From the NCBI GenBank assembly GCA_001782085.1, contig MFNM01000014.1, forward strand, positions 1 through 53,883: a DNA stretch of 53,883 bases, read 5' to 3'. Positions 18,906-28,160 of this stretch are shown piece by piece. The notes beneath the pieces are model-generated. The model saw only the letters and a program-made list of their open reading frames with translations. It was not told where the DNA came from and searched no databases. Position 1 is the stretch's first letter, and each line of letters starts with the position of its first letter. This stretch comes from Candidatus Levybacteria bacterium RIFCSPHIGHO2_01_FULL_37_33. GTDB taxonomy: Bacteria > Patescibacteriota > Microgenomatia > Levybacterales > UBA12049. A program made the position numbers and the translations under genes.

Positions 18906-19841
18906 GTGATAAAGAAGCTTCAGCTGCTTGCTGTCTTATTAGTATTTTTATTTATCTTTGATTTTGCAAAGAATATTAAAGAAGGAGAGGTAGTTCAAAA
19001 AACCTTATCTTACGGCTCTAGGCAAAATTCCTCGGTCTGTAATTCTTTATCTTCCTGTGCGCCGAATTTTTCCTCGGCTTTAATCTCACCTGTTCCTACG
19101 CTTGGAATTCCTGAAGATAAAATAACAGAAAATGTTCTGGTAGATGAAAAAATTAATGCTCCGATTCAAAATGACTATTGTCTTAATATTCCTGTTTTAA
19201 CCTATCACCGTGTACAGCCTCAATCAGTGGCGATTGAGAAAAATCAAACCGCAGGAAGCGTGGATAATGGAATTTTTGACCAGCAGATGGCATACCTCAC
19301 GTCAAATGGGTACCATACGATCACAGCAGAAGAACTTGTGAATGCTTTAAAAAATCATACAACTCTTTCTCCGAAAAGTATTGTAATTACGCTGGACGAT
19401 GGCTATGAAAACGCATATACGTATGCTTATCCGGTAGCGCAGAAATACAATATAATTATAAATCTTATGATCTCAACAGGTCTGGTAGGTAATTCTGATT
19501 TTCTTTCATGGGACCAGATTAAAGAGATGAAGACAAGTGGATTGGTCTTCTTAACAAGTCATACATGGTCTCATTATGCCATAGGACATGGACCTGCGGA
19601 GAAAATTCAATATGAAATACAGACCGCAAGAGAGCAGCTTGAGCAATATACTGGTCAGCCGATCAATATTTTTACCTACCCATATGGATCTTTTAGCAAT
19701 AACGCAATAGAGATTTTGAAAAATAACGGTTTTATCGGTGGCTTTTCTACAATTCCCGGTAAGCTTCAGTGTGAATCATACATAATGACTCTTCACCGAA
19801 ATCGTGTCGGCAACGCCCCTCTCTCCGCCTACGGTCTCTAG
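18906..19841 (+). CDS. polysaccharide deacetylase (CE4/NodB)
   Basis: IPVLTYHRV, IVITLDDGY, LSWDQIKEM, SHTWSH, FTYPYG; N-terminal anchor. Confidence 0.92.
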   Translation: MIKKLQLLAVLLVFLFIFDFAKNIKEGEVVQKTLSYGSRQNSSVCNSLSSCAPNFSSALISPVPTLGIPEDKITENVLVDEKINAPIQNDYCLNIPVLTYHRVQPQSVAIEKNQTAGSVDNGIFDQQMAYLTSNGYHTITAEELVNALKNHTTLSPKSIVITLDDGYENAYTYAYPVAQKYNIIINLMISTGLVGNSDFLSWDQIKEMKTSGLVFLTSHTWSHYAIGHGPAEKIQYEIQTAREQLEQYTGQPINIFTYPYGSFSNNAIEILKNNGFIGGFSTIPGKLQCESYIMTLHRNRVGNAPLSAYGL

Positions 19842-19849
19842 ATCTTTAA

Positions 19850-19889
19850 CAAGGAGTATCCCTATCAGCTTTGTGAAGGAGTATCCTTG
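19850..19889. repeat. REP pair (CAAGGA-GTA-TCCTTG family) downstream of RAYT 2
   Basis: CAAGGAGTATCCCTA (19850-19864) and AAGGAGTATCCTTG (19876-19889). Confidence 0.85.
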
Positions 19890-19923
19890 TGCCTTATATC
19901 TTGTGTCTTATGCAGCACCAAAA

Positions 19924-20607
19924 TCAAAAATTATCCTCCAAGATAAGTTCTCCAAGAATTTCTCTAGGATCTTCTTTAAAGCCTTCTACAAAACTCTGAT
20001 AAGATAAATTATCTACCCCTGAGGTATTTCTTGAGCTTCTAAAATAAGTAAGTATTTCCTCGGGTTTTACCCAATCAGCATGTTTTAACCCAAGATAGTA
20101 GGGGTAACTGGAAAACTGTATAAAATCAAATTTTGGATTTTTTAATTTCATTGGATTTCTATGGATGTAAGAAGAGAGATAAAGGTGTTGTTCGTCGTTT
20201 TTTAATAGAACTGCCTTGTATGTCGTTTCAAATAGAGTTCCTATTCTTTCATATTTCTTATTGAAATATTGCACATAGCTTGTTAATACCCTTCTAGTTA
20301 ATTTTTCTATACCTTCTTTTGGGAATTGTTTTACTTGCAAATGAAAGTGGTTTGGCATAAGAGCAAAAGAGATGAGGTGAATATCTTTATTTAAGTTAAG
20401 ATTCATGATCTTATAAGAAAATCTGGGCGACAAAAATTTCTGCTCCTTTTGTAGAATCTCGGGAGATGATAAATAGAGTTTAAGATAATGAAGAAAAGTG
20501 ATGCAATCTTGTTCATCAAGAAAAATTTCTCTTTTATCTACGCCTCTATTGAAAATGTGATAATAACCATTTTCAATGTATATTTTAATTGTGTTTTTCG
20601 TTGGCAT
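19924..20607 (-). CDS. REP-associated tyrosine transposase (Y1/HUH, IS200-like)
   Basis: YYHIFNRG, FALMPNHFHL (HUH), YVQYFNKKY, GTLFETTYKA, SYIHRNP, FSSY. Start moved to ATG 20607 (MPTKN) by analogy with RAYT 1 (MPYRK). Confidence 0.9.
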   Translation of the reverse strand: MPTKNTIKIYIENGYYHIFNRGVDKREIFLDEQDCITFLHYLKLYLSSPEILQKEQKFLSPRFSYKIMNLNLNKDIHLISFALMPNHFHLQVKQFPKEGIEKLTRRVLTSYVQYFNKKYERIGTLFETTYKAVLLKNDEQHLYLSSYIHRNPMKLKNPKFDFIQFSSYPYYLGLKHADWVKPEEILTYFRSSRNTSGVDNLSYQSFVEGFKEDPREILGELILEDNF

Positions 20608-20639
20608 AAATTCAGTGTTGCAACTTTTAGATTCCTTGT

Positions 20640-20679
20640 CAAGGAGTATCCCTATCATGCTCATCAAGGATACTCCTTG
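20640..20679. repeat. inverted REP pair upstream of RAYT 2
   Basis: CAAGGAGTATCCCTATCA (identical to 19850-19867) and CAAGGATACTCCTTG (20665-20679). Confidence 0.85.
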
Positions 20680-20746
20680 TAATTGACATAGTAAATTCCT
20701 CTTTGTCGTATTGATTTTTTTCGAATAATGTTCTACTTTATTTCTA

Positions 20747-22045
20747 GTGGATATCCTTCGACCCATTCGACTGACTCAGGGCAAGCAAGCTCAGGACTTA
20801 GCAAGAATCATTCTTCACATCGATTTTGATTCTTTCTTCGCCAGTGTTGAACAGCAATGTAATCCCAGGCTTCGGGGAAAACCCATAGGAGTTACGGCAA
20901 CAAACGGAAGAACCTGTATTATTGCATCTAGTCGAGAGGCAAAAAAACTGGGCATCGGGACAGGTTCAAGAACTTATGAAGCCAAAAAGATTTGCCCAGA
21001 GCTTATTCTTATGCCAGCTGATTTTGTTAACTATTGGCAAGTTAGTAAAAAGTTTATCAATATTTGTAAGGACTATTCCCCATTTGTTGAGCTATTCTCA
21101 ATCGATGAGGTTTTTATTGATGTTACGCCGACCACTCATTTATTTAATGGACTTTATGAAATTATTTCTCAGATTAAAAAAAGCATAAAAGAAGAAATAG
21201 GAGAATATATAACTGCCTCTTTTGGAATTTCCCATAATAAACTTTTGGCAAAATTGGCATCAGGAATTAATAAGCCGGATGGTGTATTTGAAATAACTTA
21301 CCGAAACATAGATGAGATTTATAAAAGCGCAAAACTTACAGATATTTGCGGAATCGGAGAGAGAATTAAAGACAGGTTAAATAAAATAGGAGTTACAACA
21401 CTTCTTGATCTTCGTAATATCTCGCACGACCTGTTAGTTGTTGAATTTGGAAAAGCAGAGGCGCAATTTCTCAGAAATATTTCAGAAGGAAAAGATAATT
21501 CAGAAATAATACCCTATACTCAAGCACCTGAGGTAAAATCAATCGGAAGAAATTATTGTTTACCCCAAAACGAATATGATAAAAGAAAAATACTTCAAAA
21601 TACTTATGAGCTTTGGGAAGAGATATCAATAAAGCTTAGAAAACTGAATAAAAAAGCAAGAACTTTAGGATTTTCTTTGCAGGGGAATATAGATATTCAT
21701 AAGCGCAAAACCTACGGTTTTTATTTTGATGATTCGCAGGAAGTGTTTCATCTATTCAATAACTTACTTGAAGATGATAAGGAAAAGTTTTTTGCAAAAG
21801 ATTCTTATATAAGGCAAATAAGCGTTTGGGTGTCAAGCCTTGAAGATTCTGACAATATTTCCCTGTCTTTATTTGATAAAGATTTTAAGAAGAGTAATGT
21901 TCTAAAAGCAGTTGATAAGATAAATGATAAATTTGGAGATCATACTATTAGGAATGGATTTCTTCTTTATTCAGATAAGCTAACTACAGTACCCAATGGC
22001 TATATGGCAGATAAATATGAAAGGACCAAATTAGCAAAATTGTAA
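20747..22045 (+). CDS. dinB: Y-family DNA polymerase (DinB/Pol IV-like)
   Basis: ILHIDFDSFFASVEQ, IIASSREAK, FSIDEVFID, SFGISHNKLLAKLAS..NKPDG, GIG. TTGATT-17-TACTTT lies just upstream of the GTG. Confidence 0.9.
   Translation: MDILRPIRLTQGKQAQDLARIILHIDFDSFFASVEQQCNPRLRGKPIGVTATNGRTCIIASSREAKKLGIGTGSRTYEAKKICPELILMPADFVNYWQVSKKFINICKDYSPFVELFSIDEVFIDVTPTTHLFNGLYEIISQIKKSIKEEIGEYITASFGISHNKLLAKLASGINKPDGVFEITYRNIDEIYKSAKLTDICGIGERIKDRLNKIGVTTLLDLRNISHDLLVVEFGKAEAQFLRNISEGKDNSEIIPYTQAPEVKSIGRNYCLPQNEYDKRKILQNTYELWEEISIKLRKLNKKARTLGFSLQGNIDIHKRKTYGFYFDDSQEVFHLFNNLLEDDKEKFFAKDSYIRQISVWVSSLEDSDNISLSLFDKDFKKSNVLKAVDKINDKFGDHTIRNGFLLYSDKLTTVPNGYMADKYERTKLAKL
20754..20796 (+). repeat. nested REP-in-REP at the dinB 5' end
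   Basis: TCCTTCGA[CCCATTCGACTGACTCAGGGCAAG]CAAGCTCAGGA. Confidence 0.8.
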
Positions 22046-22054
22046 TTAAAAGTT

Positions 22055-22867
22055 TTAAATAATGTTACAGACAAAGTTTAATTCGTCTTTAAGATTATTT
22101 TTCTTATCATCCGATATGTCAAACTGGTTCAGCAGATTCTGATTTTTACAAATAGTTTTGCACAGAACTATTCTCTGATCAAGAAGACTTTGTTTTTGTG
22201 ATTGCGAAAGAGACTGGAGGGCTGTTATTGGATAAAGCTTTGCTTTTTCGACTAGATCCCTTAGGCTTCCTGTTTCCGGGTAGTTCCATCCGATAATTTT
22301 CATTCCATTGCAACGCGCATACTCTATTCCATCTGCAGTTACTTTTGTATTTGTAACAATCCATCCTTGGGTAAAATTATACTTATCTTTTAAATCATCA
22401 AAACGTGCTTTTGTATATAAAGAAACATGAACATCCGATCTTGTCCCCGGACTATTATGAAATTTAGCTTCTATTAATATCTTTTGCCCGTCTTTTTCGG
22501 CAATAATATCAATTTCGTGAGAGACACATCTTCCTTCTAAAATTTGCCTTACTTGAGTTTGATATCCCTCAATTTTTAGAATTTCAGCTACATAATCCTC
22601 AAACGGATACCCCGTTGGTCCAAGATCCATTATTGCTTGCTTGAGAGTATATCTCGTTTTATTAAATGGTTGAGGAGAAGTTTCTAGAAATTCAATAATG
22701 TGCCTATAGATTTCCGATGTATGAATATTCTCATGAATCTTTGTTTTTATATGCGCTAAAACTTGCTCCTGAATCTCTTGAGGAATTCCCGATCTTCTTA
22801 TAGAATTTCGAACCTTGATTTCGGAGAATGGCTCTTTCTGTCCCGAGGCCTTAACAACAGTAACCAT
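22055..22867 (-). CDS. ATP-cone domain fused to a PD-(D/E)xK Mrr-like nuclease domain
   Basis: N-terminal VVKASGQKEPFS..KVRNSI; GPTGYPFEDYV, HEIDIIAEK, LIEAKFH, WIVTNT. Confidence 0.8.
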   Translation of the reverse strand: MVTVVKASGQKEPFSEIKVRNSIRRSGIPQEIQEQVLAHIKTKIHENIHTSEIYRHIIEFLETSPQPFNKTRYTLKQAIMDLGPTGYPFEDYVAEILKIEGYQTQVRQILEGRCVSHEIDIIAEKDGQKILIEAKFHNSPGTRSDVHVSLYTKARFDDLKDKYNFTQGWIVTNTKVTADGIEYARCNGMKIIGWNYPETGSLRDLVEKAKLYPITALQSLSQSQKQSLLDQRIVLCKTICKNQNLLNQFDISDDKKNNLKDELNFVCNII

Positions 22868-22926
22868 ATTACTATCGTAGAACTTTTCAAGATTTAAGAC
22901 AAGAGGCTTAAGTTGGGAAATCTCCT

Positions 22927-25900
22927 TTAAAAACTCTTAAAGAACATTAGAGAATCCCTTGTAGCTTCCTCCCATTTGGGATTTAAATTATGCCCGGCAT
23001 TATCATAAAGATTAAACTTTGTATTTTTCGAAAGACTTTTAAGATCGTTAAATAGCTCAATAGACCATTGGTAAGGTACGGTTTTATCATTTGTACCATG
23101 AACTATCTGTACGGGGGTTTTTATATCCAAAAGATATGATAGAGGTGAGATGCTTTCCCAAAGCTTAGGGTTGTCTTCTGGTTTTCCCAGAATCTGAAAA
23201 GTTTTTGAGTACGGAAAAGGAGTGACTACTCTCTCCTCAAGTCTTGGAAGGTTTTGTCTTGAAAACCATTTTAGAGGATCTGTTACCGGCGCCCACAAAA
23301 CAGCAGCTTTAACACTTTTTGAAAGCTCTTCGTTTTTTCCTATTATCTCTAGAACTTTCAAAGTTACTTCTGCCCCCATTGAATGTCCCCATAAGTAGAC
23401 CGAACTGCTATCTGCCTCTTTGATACTAGAAATTGATGAGATTAAATTCATTACATCAATAGGATACGCAAAGCGCATCAAGGCCTTGTTGTCGATTTCG
23501 GACTTGCCATTGCCTCGGTAATCGGGTTTTAATACTAAATATCCATTTTGAGAAAAATAATCGGTAATGCTTTTATAGGAAGATACAGTATCATAGCCTT
23601 GAGGATTTATATATCCGTGGTTTACGATAATAACAGGAAAACCATTCGCAGGTTTAGGTGTGTTTGGAATATTTAAGAGCGTATAGACCTTAAGTCCGTC
23701 TGAGGAATAAGAAGCAGTGTAGGTTGTAAATGATTTATTAGTTTCTACTTTCTTTTCTATTCTGATTTCTCCTTTTTCATAGTCTCTGTGAGCAAGCGAT
23801 GGAATAGATAAGGGAAACAACTTAACTTGCTTTATTTTTTTCTCGTTTTCTTCAAGGTATAAATTTCTCTTTTCAAAAACTACAAAGTCGCCCTGTTTAA
23901 AAACCTGAATATAATTCTTATCTTTTTTCATTTTACTTACTGTTTCGATTTGCGCTTTTAAAGAAGGCTGCGCAAAAGAATCATTTAGAAGAAAAACAAT
24001 TATATCTGCTTTATTTATTCCAACCGGAATAGTGTATATTTTTTGACGGTGGGACAAATGGGAACCAAGATTGTTTGTTGAGGCTATACTAAACTGAGGC
24101 GGTATACGTTCAAGAAATTCATTAATAATTTTTCTTTCCGGGAGCTGGCGGGTGAACACACTAATGCTTGGATTTTTAGAGCCGGGCAATGGCCCAATAT
24201 AATAAGCGCCTAGGACAGCAGTTGTGAGTATATACCAAGTAAAGAGTTTAAGTGGTATTTTTGGAAACCATTTCTTTACGATTACAACTGCGTAAATTGC
24301 GGAAATAAAAATAAATGACGTAATAGTTGCCGTATATTGATAGTATATTTCTCTAAGCTGAACATTATTACTTAATAAATTTATAAAAAAATCCGGAATG
24401 GCAAAAACAAGAATCAAAGGGTAAAAGAGTGATAAAAATCCTAAAGGAGAAAAAATTCGTATTAAATAAATAAGCTGCTCTTTATGAAGTAATGTTCCGA
24501 TTACCTTACCAGGTGATAGAAATATATTTTTAATAATAACAAGAGGACTTTCTCCGAAGTCAGAATAATAAGAGAGAGCAAAATGCTGGGCTCCTGCAGC
24601 TTGCGGTATTGCTTTGGTAATTAAATAATAGAAGACACTCAGTGAAAAAACTGTTAATAAAATTCCTAGAAATCTTTTTTTATTGACAAAAAATAAATAG
24701 ATTCCAAACAAAGATGCGATGACCCAAACCTGCTCTTTAGTCAAAGCCGCTAACATTAGAAAAACCGAAAGCCAAAGATACCTTTTCTTAATAAGAAAAT
24801 AAAATGCGCCTAGCAGAAAAGTTGTTGCAAGCGTCACCGGATGAAAGTCATACAAGTTACTAAATTGAAGAGAGGGATTTAAGAGATAGGAAAATGAAAA
24901 AGCAAGAGAGATATTTTTATTTTTCAACACGTTCTTGGAAATCAAGTATACGAATAGCGCGCCAAATCCCAAAACTACCGATTGAAGAAGAAGCAGCATC
25001 TTAGGATGTGACCAGATTAAATAAAGAGGAGAAATCAGTATAAGGAGAAAATCCGCATGGAAGGAAAGACGCGAGATTATGTCGGTTCCGTTTGGGTCTG
25101 TTATTTTAAAAATCCGTCCGTGTATTGTATTCCATACCGCCTGATCCATATTTCCTAAATCAAATCTCCCTGTAAAAAAATTATCGTACCTTAAAAAACT
25201 GACTGTTAGGAAATACATTATGTAAACAGTAATCATCAAAAGCAATATAATTTCGTGTAAATGATTTCTAATATAATTTTCTATCTTCAGGAATTTATTG
25301 TCTTTTATATTTTTCCAAAAAGTTGCAAGCAAAATAAAAATCATTTCCGATAGAATAAGAACAATTCTTGCAAAGATAGCGGCAAATCCGGCAAGCTGAA
25401 GACCAAGTGTGCTTAAAAGACCTATCGATATTATCCCCTCCCTTACGCCAAGTCCCATAGGAGTGATAAAAGATAGATAGCCCAAGAGAAGAGAAAGCAC
25501 GAAAAAACCTATTAGAGGCAGAAAAAGATTTACAGGCAGGTATACGACTGATGCAATTGTTAAGAATGTTCCAAGACCAAAAAAGAATAAGGAAAAAACT
25601 GAGATTGACAATAAAACAAAATTGGTGTAAGGACTAAAGCCTGGGAGAAAATTTTTAAAAAACTTAAGCTTTGAGCTCTCAATATATTTTCTATTAAATA
25701 AGAATAGCAGGCTTATTAAAATAACAGAAAAAGTTATAAGGGGAACAACAAAAATTGAATAGGTATGTATGGAAAAAATATATGGCAGTATAAACTGAAT
25801 CGAAAAAAGAGAGAGTAGTAAGCTCGCCATAATAAATAATCCAATTTCTGCAAAAATTAAGGAAATTATTGTTTTGCTGTCAACGCCCTTTTTAGAAAAG

Positions 25901-26241
25901 GAAAATGTTCTGCCCAAAAAAGACCAGATATTTCCGGGAGCAAATCTTTTAAGCTCGGATAACCCCCATAAATAAGAAACTTCTTTAAATTCAATGTTGT
26001 GTCCTCTTTCCTCCAGAAGTTTTTTCCAGACAAATGCTCTTCCGAAATAAAATAAAATAAAACAGATTAGCCCTGCAAAAAAAGGAATTAGTTCGGGTGT
26101 TTTTATATAAGACTTAACAAGATCAAACTTTAAAAATGTAATTCTAAAAATAAAAAAAATTGCAATTGCGGAGATCGGCCAGCCTATCAAAAATTTTATA
26201 AAAGAAAATAGTTGCTCTTTTCTCTTCTGGTTTTTATTCAT
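22927..26241 (-). CDS. three-part fusion: UPF0104/flippase-like TM domain, DUF2079-like membrane domain, alpha/beta hydrolase
   Basis: RFAPGNIW and TPMGLGVREG (UPF0104-like); FDLGNMDQAVWN, DFHP, KE and YQY (DUF2079-like); NHGY, PDYRGNG, WGHSMG, HGTND..V, AGH (serine hydrolase triad). Confidence 0.75.
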   Translation of the reverse strand: MNKNQKRKEQLFSFIKFLIGWPISAIAIFFIFRITFLKFDLVKSYIKTPELIPFFAGLICFILFYFGRAFVWKKLLEERGHNIEFKEVSYLWGLSELKRFAPGNIWSFLGRTFSFSKKGVDSKTIISLIFAEIGLFIMASLLLSLFSIQFILPYIFSIHTYSIFVVPLITFSVILISLLFLFNRKYIESSKLKFFKNFLPGFSPYTNFVLLSISVFSLFFFGLGTFLTIASVVYLPVNLFLPLIGFFVLSLLLGYLSFITPMGLGVREGIISIGLLSTLGLQLAGFAAIFARIVLILSEMIFILLATFWKNIKDNKFLKIENYIRNHLHEIILLLMITVYIMYFLTVSFLRYDNFFTGRFDLGNMDQAVWNTIHGRIFKITDPNGTDIISRLSFHADFLLILISPLYLIWSHPKMLLLLQSVVLGFGALFVYLISKNVLKNKNISLAFSFSYLLNPSLQFSNLYDFHPVTLATTFLLGAFYFLIKKRYLWLSVFLMLAALTKEQVWVIASLFGIYLFFVNKKRFLGILLTVFSLSVFYYLITKAIPQAAGAQHFALSYYSDFGESPLVIIKNIFLSPGKVIGTLLHKEQLIYLIRIFSPLGFLSLFYPLILVFAIPDFFINLLSNNVQLREIYYQYTATITSFIFISAIYAVVIVKKWFPKIPLKLFTWYILTTAVLGAYYIGPLPGSKNPSISVFTRQLPERKIINEFLERIPPQFSIASTNNLGSHLSHRQKIYTIPVGINKADIIVFLLNDSFAQPSLKAQIETVSKMKKDKNYIQVFKQGDFVVFEKRNLYLEENEKKIKQVKLFPLSIPSLAHRDYEKGEIRIEKKVETNKSFTTYTASYSSDGLKVYTLLNIPNTPKPANGFPVIIVNHGYINPQGYDTVSSYKSITDYFSQNGYLVLKPDYRGNGKSEIDNKALMRFAYPIDVMNLISSISSIKEADSSSVYLWGHSMGAEVTLKVLEIIGKNEELSKSVKAAVLWAPVTDPLKWFSRQNLPRLEERVVTPFPYSKTFQILGKPEDNPKLWESISPLSYLLDIKTPVQIVHGTNDKTVPYQWSIELFNDLKSLSKNTKFNLYDNAGHNLNPKWEEATRDSLMFFKSF

Positions 26242-27427
26242 ATCTTAAGGCTTCTATGGGAGAAAGTTTTGAAGCCCTTATCGCTGGAGCCATTCCAAAA
26301 ACAATTCCTACTACAACAGAAAAACCAAATGCTATAAAGACAGACCATAAAGTTACCTGAGAAACAAGAAATCGTGCAAGTACTATTGATCCGAAAAGTC
26401 CTAGGATAATTCCTATTATTCCTCCGGTTAAGGAAAGCATTATCGCCTCAAGCAAAAACTGTTTTAATATGTCCGATCGTTTTGCCCCCAACGCTTTTCT
26501 AAGCCCTATTTCCCTGGTTCGCTCTGTTACAGATACGAGCATTATGTTTGCAACTCCGATTCCCCCAACTAATAATGATATCGCAGCAATGCCTCCAAGA
26601 GCAATAGATAGAATGTTTGTAATGTTTGAAACAATAGAAAGCGTTGATTCTGCGGTTTGAATAGTAAAGTCATCTTCTGTTAAGTGCCCGAGTAAAATTT
26701 TTTTGGTTTGCTCTTTTACTCTTGAAACAGAAGAAGAAGAATTTACCGAGATAAATATAGTATTAACATGAGTTAACCCAAACTGTCTTTGAGCCGCAGA
26801 AAGCGGAATAATTACAACATTGTCCTGGTCTATTCCAAAGACGGCTCCCCTTTTATTAATCACACCTAGGACTGTATATATATTGTTGCCAATAAAAAAT
26901 CTTTTTCCGATAGGGTTTTGCGAGTAAAATAAATTATTCAGAACAGTTTGACCTATAACTGCGCTTCTTGCTCCGGACTGTTCCTGGCTTTTGGAAAAAA
27001 AGCTTCCCCGTTCTATTGTTGCATTCTGAACAATCTTTGGATAGTTTGAAGTTGTCCCAAAAATGGTAGTTCCCTTATTTTCCCTATTTTTATATTTAAC
27101 TGTTGTAATTTGCGAAACAACAGGTGCGACATTTGCCAGACTCTTAAGTTTTAGCTGTAAAGTTTTAGCATCGGCAACAACGAGCTTGTTAGATACAACT
27201 CCGCCCGGAGTCCTTGCTCCCCCTATTCTTCCCGGAATAACGAAAATAAGGTTTGAACCAAGCCCTGCTATCTGGTTTGTAATAAATGTCTGAAGTCCGG
27301 TTCCTATTGAGACTAATAAAATAATCGCAAAAACTCCAATAACAATACCAAGCATTGTTAAAAAACTTCTTAATCTGTTTGCATTTATTGCCCTGTACGA
27401 AAGTTTAAAAAGTTCGTTAAAGTCCAT
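26234..27427 (-). CDS. MacB/FtsX-family ABC transporter permease
   Basis: RSFLTMLGIVIGV, ISLLVGGIGVANIMLVSVTERTREIGLRKALGA, LSPIEALRYE. Confidence 0.95.
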   Translation of the reverse strand: MDFNELFKLSYRAINANRLRSFLTMLGIVIGVFAIILLVSIGTGLQTFITNQIAGLGSNLIFVIPGRIGGARTPGGVVSNKLVVADAKTLQLKLKSLANVAPVVSQITTVKYKNRENKGTTIFGTTSNYPKIVQNATIERGSFFSKSQEQSGARSAVIGQTVLNNLFYSQNPIGKRFFIGNNIYTVLGVINKRGAVFGIDQDNVVIIPLSAAQRQFGLTHVNTIFISVNSSSSVSRVKEQTKKILLGHLTEDDFTIQTAESTLSIVSNITNILSIALGGIAAISLLVGGIGVANIMLVSVTERTREIGLRKALGAKRSDILKQFLLEAIMLSLTGGIIGIILGLFGSIVLARFLVSQVTLWSVFIAFGFSVVVGIVFGMAPAIRASKLSPIEALRYE

Positions 27428-27428
27428 A

Positions 27429-28103
27429 TCAATTTATTCTTCCGTCAGTAAGTTTTATAATTCTATCCGCCTGCTTAGCAATATCTTTCTCATGCGTTAT
27501 AAGAACAATGGTTTTCCCCTGTTTATGTAAGGTTTTTAATAAATTTATAACTTCTTGCCCCGATTTTGTATCCAAATTTCCGGTTGGTTCATCTGCTAAG
27601 ATAATATCTGGATTATTCATTAAAGCTCTGGCAATTGCTACTCTTTGCTGTTCCCCTCCTGAAAGCTGATTGGGTCTTTTGCTGATATGCTTCAAAAGCC
27701 CGATTTTTTCTAAAATGTTTCCTGCCTTTTCATCCCTTTCTTTCGGGTTTTCCCCCGCGTAAATTCCCGGAAGGACAACATTTTCAAGAATTGTTGCTCT
27801 TGGGAGAAGGTTAAATGACTGAAAAACGAATCCGATTTTTTTATTTCTAAGATATGACAATTCATCTTCTTTTAGACTTGATACATCAGTTTCTTCTAGG
27901 TAATAAGATCCAGCTGTCGGCGTGTCTAAAAGCCCTATGATATTCATCAGAGTTGATTTTCCAGAGCCGGATCTTCCTTGTATTGCAACAAATTCGCCAT
28001 TTTTTATTTTAAGAGTTATCCCCTTTAAAACTCTTACTGTTAGATCACCAAGGTTATAATCTTTCGTTACATTTGCAAGGCTTATGAGGTTTGTTTTTTT
28101 CAT
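27429..28103 (-). CDS. MacB/LolD-family ABC ATP-binding protein
   Basis: [38 protein letters not shown]. Confidence 0.95.
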   Translation of the reverse strand: MKKTNLISLANVTKDYNLGDLTVRVLKGITLKIKNGEFVAIQGRSGSGKSTLMNIIGLLDTPTAGSYYLEETDVSSLKEDELSYLRNKKIGFVFQSFNLLPRATILENVVLPGIYAGENPKERDEKAGNILEKIGLLKHISKRPNQLSGGEQQRVAIARALMNNPDIILADEPTGNLDTKSGQEVINLLKTLHKQGKTIVLITHEKDIAKQADRIIKLTDGRIN

Positions 28104-28119
28104 GAATCATTTATCCCTT

Positions 28120-28160
28120 CAAGGATACTCCTTGCATAAAGCTGACAAGGAGTATCCTTG
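28120..28160. repeat. inverted REP doublet (REPIN-like) of the RAYT 2 family, intergenic
   Basis: CAAGGATACTCCTTG-11 nt-CAAGGAGTATCCTTG. Confidence 0.9.

Noticed and set aside
20721..20735. CGAATAATGTTC in the dinB promoter spacer as a LexA box
   Set aside because: One base short of GAAC-N4-GTTC and no similar motif upstream of uvrA; unsupported without a genome-wide motif search.
20608..20766. 53-aa N-terminal extension of RAYT 2 in the ORF track
   Set aside because: It runs through REPs and the dinB promoter and start; similarity to RAYT 1 begins at ATG 20607.
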